Origin: Alkanindiges sp. WGS2144
GTDB lineage: Bacteria > Pseudomonadota > Gammaproteobacteria > Pseudomonadales > Moraxellaceae
Reading direction: 5' to 3' (one strand)
NCBI RefSeq assembly: GCF_043950625.1
Contig: NZ_CP171007.1
Length of the DNA stretch: 32,000 bases
A model generated the notes under the pieces. That model searched no databases. It was not told the DNA's origin and saw only the letters and a list, made by a program, of their open reading frames with translations. Position 1 is the stretch's first letter, and the number at the start of each line of letters is the position of its first letter. Shown piece after piece: positions 7,991 to 14,989 of the stretch. The position numbers were made by a program, and so were the translations under genes.

Positions 7991-8754
7991 GATGTTTCGC
8001 TTTCTGGTAGTGGCTGGGGAGCAATGGCGATGGATGAAAGATCGGTGGCCTCGTCGATGACGTGGCCGGCCGCTTTCCGTTCGGAATAGCGGTCTGTCAG
8101 TGCTTCACGGTGCGGCCGTACCAGCGCCGTGAAGCGCACCAGTTCTTCCATCACATCGGCTATTCGGTCGTAGTACGGCGAGGGCTTCATGCGGCCCGCC
8201 GCGTCGAACTCTTGGAACGCTTTGGCGATACTCGACTGGTTCGGAATGGTGAACATTCGCATCCAGCGGCCGAGCAGACGCAAGGTGTTCACGGCGTTGA
8301 AGCTCTGCGAGCCGCCGGATACCTGCATCACGGCCAGGGTGCGGCCTTGGGTCGGCCGGATGCCGGCCATTTCAAGCGGCAGATGGTCAATCTGCGCCTT
8401 CATGACACTGGTAATCTGACCGTGGCGTTCCGGGCTGCACCAGACTTGTCCCTCTGACCACTCGGACAGGGCGCGCAGCTCCTTGACGGCCGGGTGATCG
8501 TCGCTTTGCACTTGATCGGGCAACGGCAAATCGGACGGGTCGAAGATGCGTGTTTCTGCGCCAAAGAATTGCAGCAGCCGGGCCGCTTCCTCGACGGCCA
8601 GCCGTGAGAACGAGCGGGCGCGCAGCGAGCCATACAGCAGCAGGATACGCACCGGCGGGGCGTCGGGTGCCAGCCCGAGCGCCGGGCGCTCGATGGCAAA
8701 GGATTTGTCCAAAGCGGGCAAAGAATCGGGGTCGGAAAGATGGCGAAGTCTCAT
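7987..8754 (-). CDS. arsH: ArsH, NADPH-dependent FMN reductase
   Basis: The sequence contains [19 protein letters not shown]...[17 protein letters not shown] typical of ArsH. I chose the start at 8754 because it forms an ATGA overlap with the arsR stop; the longer ORF to 8796 would overlap arsR by 46 nt. Confidence 0.85.
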
Positions 8755-9083
8755 GCCAACACCTTCCCGGCTTCCGTGGTGCAAGACAGGTTGCACACCT
8801 GGCCGCCGCAGCAGTTTTCCGTGAGAAAGGCCACCAGGTTAGTGGCCGTCGAAAAGTTCGCCTCGTAGATCACAAATCGGCCTTCTTGCCGCGACGTGAC
8901 CATGCCGGCGTGTGCCAGCTCTTTCAGGTGGAAGGATAGCGAAGACGGCGGGATGCCGGCCGCTTCGCTGATTTTTCCGGCGGCCATGCCGGCGGGGCCG
9001 GCCTGGACGAGAAGCCGGAACACCGCGAGGCGCGATTCTTGAGCGATGGCCGCCAGGGCGGCTACAGCATTTATCGTTTCCAT
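8751..9083 (-). CDS. arsR: ArsR/SmtB-family repressor with a C-terminal Cys cluster
   Basis: It has a winged-HTH core ([16 protein letters not shown]). It lacks the canonical ELCVCDL site and instead has ENCCGGQVC near the C-terminus, which resembles the Acidithiobacillus-type As(III) site. Confidence 0.85.
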   Translation of the reverse strand: METINAVAALAAIAQESRLAVFRLLVQAGPAGMAAGKISEAAGIPPSSLSFHLKELAHAGMVTSRQEGRFVIYEANFSTATNLVAFLTENCCGGQVCNLSCTTEAGKVLA

Positions 9084-9119
9084 GTTTCAATAATAGTCGA
9101 AATATGGAGTGTGCTCAAT

Positions 9120-9146
9120 AGCTCATTTAAGCTGTAAAAATGAGCT
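9120..9146. promoter_or_regulatory. Perfect 9-bp-arm inverted repeat in the arsR / recombinase divergent region (candidate operator)
   Basis: The repeat is agctcattt-aagctgtaa-aaatgagct, 37 bp upstream of the arsR start. Confidence 0.4.
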
Positions 9147-9230
9147 AGGCGCATTTAGATCGATATGTGATAAATTGGCCTGCCAGTTTAAGATGGGTGC
9201 ATTTGAGTATGCCCAAAGGAGCCCGCAAGT

Positions 9231-9968
9231 ATGCGCAGGACGAAGCCAGTAGCCGCGCCGATGGTGGCGCGGGTCTATCTGCGCGTCAGCACCGACGCGC
9301 AGGACTTGGAACGCCAAGAGGCGATCACTACGGCCGCGAAGGCCGCCGGCTACTACGTCGCCGGCATCTACCGTGAGAAGGCATCCGGCGCACGCGCCGA
9401 CCGGCCTGAGCTGCTGCGCATGATCGGCGACCTACAGCCCGGCGAGGTGGTCATTGCCGAGAAGATCGACCGCATCAGCCGCCTACCTTTGCCCGAGGCC
9501 GAGCGCCTGGTGGCCTCGATACAGGCCAAAGGCGCACGCCTGGCCGTCCCTGGCGTGGTCGATCTATCCGACCTGGCGGCCGAGGCCCAGGGCGTCGCCA
9601 AGATCGTGCTGGAAGCCGTGCAGATCATGCTTTTTCGCCTGGCCTTGCAGATGGCCCGCGACGACTACGAGGACAGGCGCGAACGCCAGCGCCAAGGCAT
9701 TGAGTTGGCCCGCCAGGCCGGGCGGTACAAGGGCCGCCGTGCTGATCCGAAGCGCCGCGCCCAAGTTGTCGCGCTGCGCAAGTCCGGCTACAGCATCAAC
9801 AAGACCGCCGAGCTGGCCGGGTACAGTGCGGCCCAGGTGAAACGGATATGGGCCGAGGTCAGCCAGGCCGAAGCGAAGCAGCACGGCGCGTTCGTGGAGG
9901 ACGCATTGACGGAAGCCGATGCCCTGGCCGCTGTCGGCCAGGATGAGCGCCAGGAGGAAAGGGCATGA
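9231..9968 (+). CDS. Small serine recombinase (resolvase/invertase family)
   Basis: It has the catalytic motif YLRVSTDAQDLERQ, then ADRPEL...GEVVIAEKIDRISR and a C-terminal HTH (GYSINKTAELAGYSAAQVKRI). An AAGGAG RBS precedes 9231. An alternative start is MVARVY at 9261. Confidence 0.85.
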   Translation: MRRTKPVAAPMVARVYLRVSTDAQDLERQEAITTAAKAAGYYVAGIYREKASGARADRPELLRMIGDLQPGEVVIAEKIDRISRLPLPEAERLVASIQAKGARLAVPGVVDLSDLAAEAQGVAKIVLEAVQIMLFRLALQMARDDYEDRRERQRQGIELARQAGRYKGRRADPKRRAQVVALRKSGYSINKTAELAGYSAAQVKRIWAEVSQAEAKQHGAFVEDALTEADALAAVGQDERQEERA

Positions 9969-10189
9969 AGAAGCCGAACCAAGACGACGAGCCGTTTTTC
10001 ATCACCGAGGAGATTGCGGCCGAAATGATCGCCGGCGGCTATGAGTTCGAGCTGCCGCCCATTCCTTGCACCATCCGCCTACGCGACGTGCTGGAGCGCA
10101 TGACCGATGCTGAGCTAGCATTGCAGCCGGGCGAGATCGCCGACCAGGAGCGTGAACGCTGCCGGCGCAAGCCGTGTTCAACCTCATGA
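9965..10189 (+). CDS. Hypothetical acidic protein (74 aa), translationally coupled to the recombinase gene
   Basis: It forms an ATGA overlap with the recombinase stop. I recognise no family. Confidence 0.45.
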   Translation: MKKPNQDDEPFFITEEIAAEMIAGGYEFELPPIPCTIRLRDVLERMTDAELALQPGEIADQERERCRRKPCSTS

Positions 10190-10195
10190 TCTGGT

Positions 10196-10288
10196 CATGG
10201 TATTTTTCATGGCACTGAGCCTGATAGTTCTTGCAAATTGTTGTCACTAAAGGGTTTTGTGTGCTTGTTTACAATCGAGTGGGAGTGA
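10196..10288 (+). other. Internal bipartite att-like site A (guaA 3'-end mimic)
   Basis: Block 1 is catggtatttttcatgg (10196-12). A 51-bp spacer follows. Block 2 is cttgtttacaatcgagtgggagtga (10264-88), which reads L-F-T-I-E-W-E-stop. Site B at 13488-13580 has the same architecture. Confidence 0.55.
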
Positions 10289-12126
10289 CGGGCACTGGCT
10301 GGCAATGTCTAGCAACGGCAGGCATTTCGGCTGAGGGTAAAAGAACTTTCCGCTAAGCGATAGACTGTATGTAAACACAGTATTGCAAGGACGCGGAACA
10401 TGCCTCATGTGGCGGCCAGGACGGCCAGCCGGGATCGGGATACTGGTCGTTACCAGAGCCACCGACCCGAGCAAACCCTTCTCTATCAGATCGTTGACGA
10501 GTATTACCCGGCATTCGCTGCGCTTATGGCAGAGCAGGGAAAGGAATTGCCGGGCTATGTGCAACGGGAATTTGAAGAATTTCTCCAATGCGGGCGGCTG
10601 GAGCATGGCTTTCTACGGGTTCGCTGCGAGTCTTGCCACGCCGAGCACCTGGTCGCTTTCAGCTGTAAGCGTCGCGGTTTCTGCCCGAGCTGTGGGGCGC
10701 GGCGGATGGCCGAAAGTGCCGCCTTGCTGGTTGATGAAGTACTGCCTGAACAACCCATGCGTCAGTGGGTGTTGAGCTTCCCGTTTCAGCTGCGTTTCCT
10801 GTTTGCCAGCCGGCCCGAGATCATGGGGTGGGTGCTGGGCATCGTTTACCGCGTCATTGCCACGCACCTGGTCAAGAAAGCGGGCCATACCCACCAAGTG
10901 GCCAAGACGGGCGCGGTCACCCTGATCCAGCGTTTTGGATCGGCGCTCAATCTGAATGTTCACTTCCACATGCTGTTTCTCGACGGTGTGTATGTCGAGC
11001 AATCCCACGGCTCAGCGCGTTTCCGCTGGGTCAAGGCGCCGACCAGCCCAGAGCTCACCCAGCTGACGCACACCATCGCCCACCGGGTGGGTCGCTATCT
11101 GGAACGGCAAGGCCTGCTGGAACGGGATGTCGAAAACAGCTATCTGGCCTCGGATGCGGTGGATGACGACCCGATGACACCCCTGCTGGGGCACTCGATC
11201 ACTTACCGTATCGCTGTCGGTTCACAGGCGGGGCGAAAGGTGTTCACTTTGCAAACTCTGCCGACCAGTGGTGATCCGTTCGGTGACGGGATTGGCAAGG
11301 TAGCCGGGTCCAGCCTGCACGCCGGCGTGGCGGCCAGGGCCGATGAACGCAAGAAGCTCGAACGGCTGTGCCGGTACATCAGCCGCCCGGCGGTATCCGA
11401 GAAGCGGCTGTCGTTAACACGAGGCGGCAACGTGCGCTACCAGCTCAAGACGCCGTACCGGGACGGCACCACGCACGTCATTTTCGAACCATTGGATTTC
11501 ATTGCAAGGCTGGCCGCCCTGGTACCGAAGCCCAGAGTCAACCTAACCCGCTTCCACGGGGTGTTCGCACCCAACAGTCGGCACCGGGCGTTGGTCACGC
11601 CGGCAAAACGGGGCAGGGGCAACAAGGTCAGGGTGGCTGATGAACCGGCAACACCAGCACAACGGCGAGCGTCGATGACATGGGCGCAACGGCTCAAGCG
11701 TGTTTTCAATATCGACATCGAGACCTGCAGCGGCTGCGGCGGCGCCATGAAAGTCATCGCCTGCATTGAAGACCCTATAGTGATCAAGCAGATCCTTGAT
11801 CACCTGAAGCACAAAGCCGAAACCAGCGGGACCAGGGCGTTACCCGAAAGCCGGGCGCCACCGGCTGAGCTGCTCCTGGGTCTGTTTGACTGACGAGCCT
11901 GAAGGCCAACGATACCAATCAAAATGCTGCGTTCACAGCGCCGCGGCAGGGATCCGCCGTGCTGGTTGTCGGAAAAGGAGCCGCTAGTGGGAAAGAGGAG
12001 GGTAAATTTTCAGCGTTGCTGGCTCCCCGTCAGCCGGATTGGGTTGCATCGCAGGGGTGTCGAAAGAGTCAACTGCGGTCCAAAGCTGTTGGACTTGGGT
12101 GAAAAGGGCGTTTATTCTTCCTATAC
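10289..12126 (+). mobile_element. ISCR2 (CR2), IS91-family rolling-circle element. The right (oriIS) end is placed at 12126; the left (terIS) end is only approximate.
   Basis: It contains the ISCR2 transposase gene. The right boundary ...gggcgtttattcttcctatac | gttg matches my recollection of IS91/ISCR oriIS ends and coincides with the point where glmM homology stops. The left boundary cannot be fixed from the sequence alone. Confidence 0.7.
10400..11893 (+). CDS. rcr2: ISCR2 rolling-circle transposase (IS91 family, 497 aa)
   Basis: It has an N-terminal zinc-binding region (CESCHAEHLVAFSCKRRGFCPSCGARR), the HUH-type motif NLNVHFHMLFLDGVY and a C-terminal CSGCGG. The length and sequence match ISCR2 as I remember it. 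Confidence 0.9.
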   Translation: MPHVAARTASRDRDTGRYQSHRPEQTLLYQIVDEYYPAFAALMAEQGKELPGYVQREFEEFLQCGRLEHGFLRVRCESCHAEHLVAFSCKRRGFCPSCGARRMAESAALLVDEVLPEQPMRQWVLSFPFQLRFLFASRPEIMGWVLGIVYRVIATHLVKKAGHTHQVAKTGAVTLIQRFGSALNLNVHFHMLFLDGVYVEQSHGSARFRWVKAPTSPELTQLTHTIAHRVGRYLERQGLLERDVENSYLASDAVDDDPMTPLLGHSITYRIAVGSQAGRKVFTLQTLPTSGDPFGDGIGKVAGSSLHAGVAARADERKKLERLCRYISRPAVSEKRLSLTRGGNVRYQLKTPYRDGTTHVIFEPLDFIARLAALVPKPRVNLTRFHGVFAPNSRHRALVTPAKRGRGNKVRVADEPATPAQRRASMTWAQRLKRVFNIDIETCSGCGGAMKVIACIEDPIVIKQILDHLKHKAETSGTRALPESRAPPAELLLGLFD

Positions 12127-12371
12127 GTTGTCGGCAGCGGGCCAAAAAGGAATACGTCCATGCCCATCGAGGTGAAACCGGCTGTGAGCGCGGGTTCAAG
12201 CATATAGCCCGACAGGCGCGTATCCTTGCCGATCACGACACGATGGCGGTGGTCACCGCGACGAAAGACACGGCCAGCCGCCATGCCGACGCGCAAGGCG
12301 GTTTCCGCCGTCATCGCGCCTTCGTTGGCTTTGCCACGAATACCGTCTGTGCCGAAATATTTGCGCACCAT
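12127..12371 (-). pseudogene. glmM: 5' fragment of phosphoglucosamine mutase gene (delta-glmM), truncated by the ISCR2 oriIS end
   Basis: [16 protein letters not shown]...[18 protein letters not shown]...GPLPT is collinear with the GlmM N-terminus and then runs into ISCR2 sequence. Only ~81 GlmM codons remain. Confidence 0.85.
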
Positions 12372-12457
12372 AAGGTCGATTATCCTGTCGTCGGGTCGCC
12401 CTCAAAGGGGACATGCCTGCTGAACCGCGAATATAGAGAAATATCCCGAATGTGCAG

Positions 12458-13273
12458 TTAACGAATTCTTGCGGTTTCTTTCAGCGCCGCCAATACCGCC
12501 AGCCCGTCGCGCAAGGGGCGCGGCTCGTGTGTGCGGATGAAGTCAGCTCCACCTGCGGCGGCGGCAAGCTCTGCAGCGAGTGTCGCGGCCCCGACATCCC
12601 CCGGACCACGGCCTGTGAGCGCGCGCAGAAAGGATTTGCGCGAAACAGACAGAAGCACCGGCAAATCGAAGCGCAGCCGCAATTCATCGAACCGCGCCAG
12701 CACCGAGAGCGAGGTTTCGGGAGCAGCCCCCAGAAAAAACCCCATGCCGGGATCAAGGACAAGGCGGTTGCGTTTGATACCGGCACCCGTCAGCGCCGCG
12801 ATGCGCGCGTCAAAGAACGCCGCAATGTGATCCATGATGTCGCCAGCGGGTGCCTCGCGCCGATCTGCCTGCCCGTCTTGCACCGAATGCATAACGACGA
12901 GTTTGGCAGATGATTTCGCCAATTGCGGATAGAACGCAGCGTCTGGAAAACCGCGAATATCATTGAGATAGGCCACACCACGCGACAAGGCATAGGCTTG
13001 CGTCGCGGGTTGATAACTGTCGAGCGAGACGGGAATGCCATCTGCCTTGAGCGCGTCCAGCACCGGCGCGATACGCGCGATTTCTGTGTCGGACGAAACA
13101 GGCGCGGCGTCGGGATTGCTGGATGCCGGACCGAGGTCGATCACATCTGCCCCCTCGGCCATCAGCTTACGCGCCTGCGCAATGGCTGCGTCTGGCGCCA
13201 GATACCGGCCTCCATCGGAGAAACTGTCCGAGGTTATGTTGACGATGCCGAAAATGATGAGCGATTTATTCAT
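12458..13273 (-). CDS. sul2: Sulfonamide-insensitive dihydropteroate synthase Sul2
   Basis: The 271-aa ORF begins MNKSLIIFGIVNITSDSFSDGGRY and ends LKETARIR, matching Sul2 as I recall it. It is adjacent to delta-glmM and ISCR2, the classical context. Confidence 0.95.
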   Translation of the reverse strand: MNKSLIIFGIVNITSDSFSDGGRYLAPDAAIAQARKLMAEGADVIDLGPASSNPDAAPVSSDTEIARIAPVLDALKADGIPVSLDSYQPATQAYALSRGVAYLNDIRGFPDAAFYPQLAKSSAKLVVMHSVQDGQADRREAPAGDIMDHIAAFFDARIAALTGAGIKRNRLVLDPGMGFFLGAAPETSLSVLARFDELRLRFDLPVLLSVSRKSFLRALTGRGPGDVGAATLAAELAAAAGGADFIRTHEPRPLRDGLAVLAALKETARIR

Positions 13274-13487
13274 GGGGGCTTCTATAATAATAATAATCGA
13301 GCATGAGTATCATACGGATGCTCGGGTCGAAAGGGAATCCCCAGGCGAGTAACCTGTTTGCGGTGATCCATTAGCTGCAGGAGCAGAAGAGCATACATCT
13401 GGAAGCAAAGCCAGGAAAGCGGCCTATGGAGCTGTGCGGCAGCGCTCAGTAGGCAATTTTTCAAAATATTGTTAAGCCTTTTCTGAG

Positions 13488-13580
13488 CATGGTATTTTTC
13501 ATGGTATTACCAATTAGCAGGAAAATAAGCCATTGAATATAAAAGATAAAAATGTCTTGTTTACAATAGAGTGGGAGTGA
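13488..13580 (+). other. Bipartite att-like site B, the probable attR / right end of the island
   Basis: Block 1 is catggtatttttcatgg (13488-504), with the CATGGTATT direct repeat at 12-bp spacing. A 51-bp spacer follows. Block 2 is cttgtttacaatagagtgggagtga (13556-80), which reads T-I-E-W-E-stop. The composition switches to host-like AT-rich DNA here. Confidence 0.6.
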
Positions 13581-13586
13581 TATTTG

Positions 13587-13620
13587 GCAGTGCTGCCTGC
13601 TAGAGTATGGCAGCACTTTG
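13587..13620 (+). terminator. Hairpin immediately after the guaA-like stop codon (candidate displaced guaA terminator)
   Basis: The stem agtgctgcc (13589-97) pairs with ggcagcact (13609-17) around an 11-nt loop. There is no strong T-run, so this is tentative. Confidence 0.3.
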
Positions 13621-13737
13621 CATAAATAAATATTAAGCCAAAATTTTCGTCTTTTATTGACGTGTGAGAATAAGGGTATTTACCATTTTTAAGCAAAACC
13701 AAATACAGAGCGGAAACTAGCTCCTTTCATCACGTTG

Positions 13738-14433
13738 TTAGGCACTTTTGGCCCATTGTTTCGCATGCCATTGGTAATATATTCTGCTATTTTTCCAGTT
13801 CTTGACTTGATTGCCATCTATTTTAGACAAAGCTTCTTCTAGTCTAATCGTAGTTCTTACATTCAAATTTCTGGTAACAAGTCCCTCCTTAATAAATACA
13901 TAGCCCTTTTCAAAAAAATCATCACAACCAAGTTTACACATCAATGATGCAATATTTGAAAAGTCTAATTTTTCGTGATTAGTACACTCTGACCTCTTCT
14001 TGATATGTGCAGCCACAAGCATATTTTCAGGGAGTTCATTATCACAGATTACGCACTTTCCAAATGGTTTCCCTTGAAGTAAAAAGGAACGTAAGAGTGT
14101 TTGCTCTATACGTCTTTTAGTTTTTGATTCGACATCAAGATTAGTATTTAAGATAGCCTTTTTTAACTCCTCTTCAACATTTGAAGAGCCGATGCAATCA
14201 ATATTTTTACTTACTATGAGAGATGGTGCGGAACCTATGCTTTTATTTGACATCCGTGCCCCATATCCCATGCGCACTAAAGCCTCTAATTGCTCTAATG
14301 TTTCAACTTTTACATAGTCAACTTCATAGCGCGTATGAGAAGCAATATATTTTTTATCCTTATGCAAGTGTGGATAAAGAGGTTTTCCAGCATTATTCTT
14401 ACTACGCTTATCCACGTATGCAACCAAGTTCAT
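13738..14433 (-). CDS. Solitary HNH-type (HNH_2/McrA-like) nuclease with an unrecognised ~120-aa N-terminal domain
   Basis: The C-terminal half, RRIEQTLLRSFLLQGKPFGKCVICDNELPENMLVAAHIKKRSEC...DFSNIASLMCKLGCDDFFEKGYVFI, follows the HNH_2 pattern (R.GQ..FR..LL....C.I.G......L.AAHI.P....D..N.L.LC...H..FD.G). It has a CxxC...CxxxC zinc pair. The last His is replaced (GCDDFF). The gene is very AT-rich relative to both flanks. Confidence 0.7.
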   Translation of the reverse strand: MNLVAYVDKRSKNNAGKPLYPHLHKDKKYIASHTRYEVDYVKVETLEQLEALVRMGYGARMSNKSIGSAPSLIVSKNIDCIGSSNVEEELKKAILNTNLDVESKTKRRIEQTLLRSFLLQGKPFGKCVICDNELPENMLVAAHIKKRSECTNHEKLDFSNIASLMCKLGCDDFFEKGYVFIKEGLVTRNLNVRTTIRLEEALSKIDGNQVKNWKNSRIYYQWHAKQWAKSA

Positions 14434-14655
14434 TTAATTTCCTTTAGTAAGCACTTTCAGAAATGCACAATACTTTAATACTGCGCAGGTTTGCATTTGA
14501 ATATAACAATAAATAATATTTTCAATTTAATATCATGATTAATGTAACTAGCTGAGTTGAAAAGCACAATTGGTCTGCACTATTGCTTATATTTATAAAA
14601 ATTAATTCAATCCACATTTGTATTTTCTAATTTGCGAACCTCACCAAATAAAGCT

Positions 14656-14665
14656 AGTATATACT
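14656..14665. promoter_or_regulatory. Perfect palindrome within the putative vapB promoter (candidate VapB operator)
   Basis: The palindrome agtatatact overlaps a TAGTAT/TATACT -10-like hexamer and lies ~30 bp upstream of the vapB start. TTGCGA lies about 17 bp further upstream. Confidence 0.35.
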
Positions 14666-14693
14666 TCACATATATAGCAAGATGAGGATAAAA

Positions 14694-14927
14694 ATGTCTA
14701 CTGGCTCAGTTTTTTTAAATAATCGCACGCAAGCAGTGCGCCTGCCTGCTGAAACTCGTTTTCCTGAGCATGTGCGGCAAGTCAATGTTCGGGTAAAAGG
14801 AAATGAACGTATTTTGTCACCTATAGAACACACGTGGGATAGCTTCTTTTTATCTACTACTCAAGTGCCTGATGACTTTTTACCAGAACGCGCTGAACAA
14901 ATAGATACTGAGCGTGAAAGCTTTTAG
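14694..14927 (+). CDS. vapB: VapB antitoxin (AbrB/SpoVT type; MvpA-like)
   Basis: VFLNNRTQAVRLPAETRFPEHVRQVNV...ERESF is collinear with Shigella/Salmonella VapB (MvpA). The GAGGAT RBS favours the ATG at 14694 over 14682. Confidence 0.85.
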   Translation: MSTGSVFLNNRTQAVRLPAETRFPEHVRQVNVRVKGNERILSPIEHTWDSFFLSTTQVPDDFLPERAEQIDTERESF

Positions 14928-14989
14928 TTATTTACGTTTCATTGTCCTATCTTCTTAAAATCTAAACCTATAATAATTCGGGCCGCCGC

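Larger units (their letters stand above)
1..13580 (+). mobile_element. Right-hand part of a GIsul2-type integrative element (left/integrase end outside window)
   Basis: The gene content and order match my recollection of GIsul2: IncQ-like repA/repC, trbJ/trbL, ars operon, resolvase, ISCR2, delta-glmM, sul2. GC-rich composition changes abruptly to AT-rich near 13470-13580. The right end carries a guaA-3'-end mimic (aca ata gag tgg gag tga). Confidence 0.8.

Noticed and set aside
10247-10606. 119-aa minus-strand ORF overlapping the ISCR2 left end and the transposase start
   Set aside because: It lies antisense to the ISCR2 transposase 5' region and att-like site A. It has no support.
12039-12461. 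140-aa plus-strand ORF and neighbouring short ORFs around delta-glmM
   Set aside because: It lies antisense to the glmM fragment and spans the ISCR2 end junction, so it is not a coherent gene.
13035-13352. 105-aa plus-strand ORF ending ...ERESPGE. I checked it as a possible guaA 3' remnant marking the island end.
   Set aside because: It lies antisense to sul2 for most of its length, and its C-terminus does not resemble the GuaA ...PPATIEWE end. The true guaA-like codons are at 13563-13580 and 10271-10288.
13514-13702. 62-aa minus-strand ORF across att-like site B
   Set aside because: It overlaps the att-like site and hairpin, is an AT-rich low-complexity translation and has no RBS.
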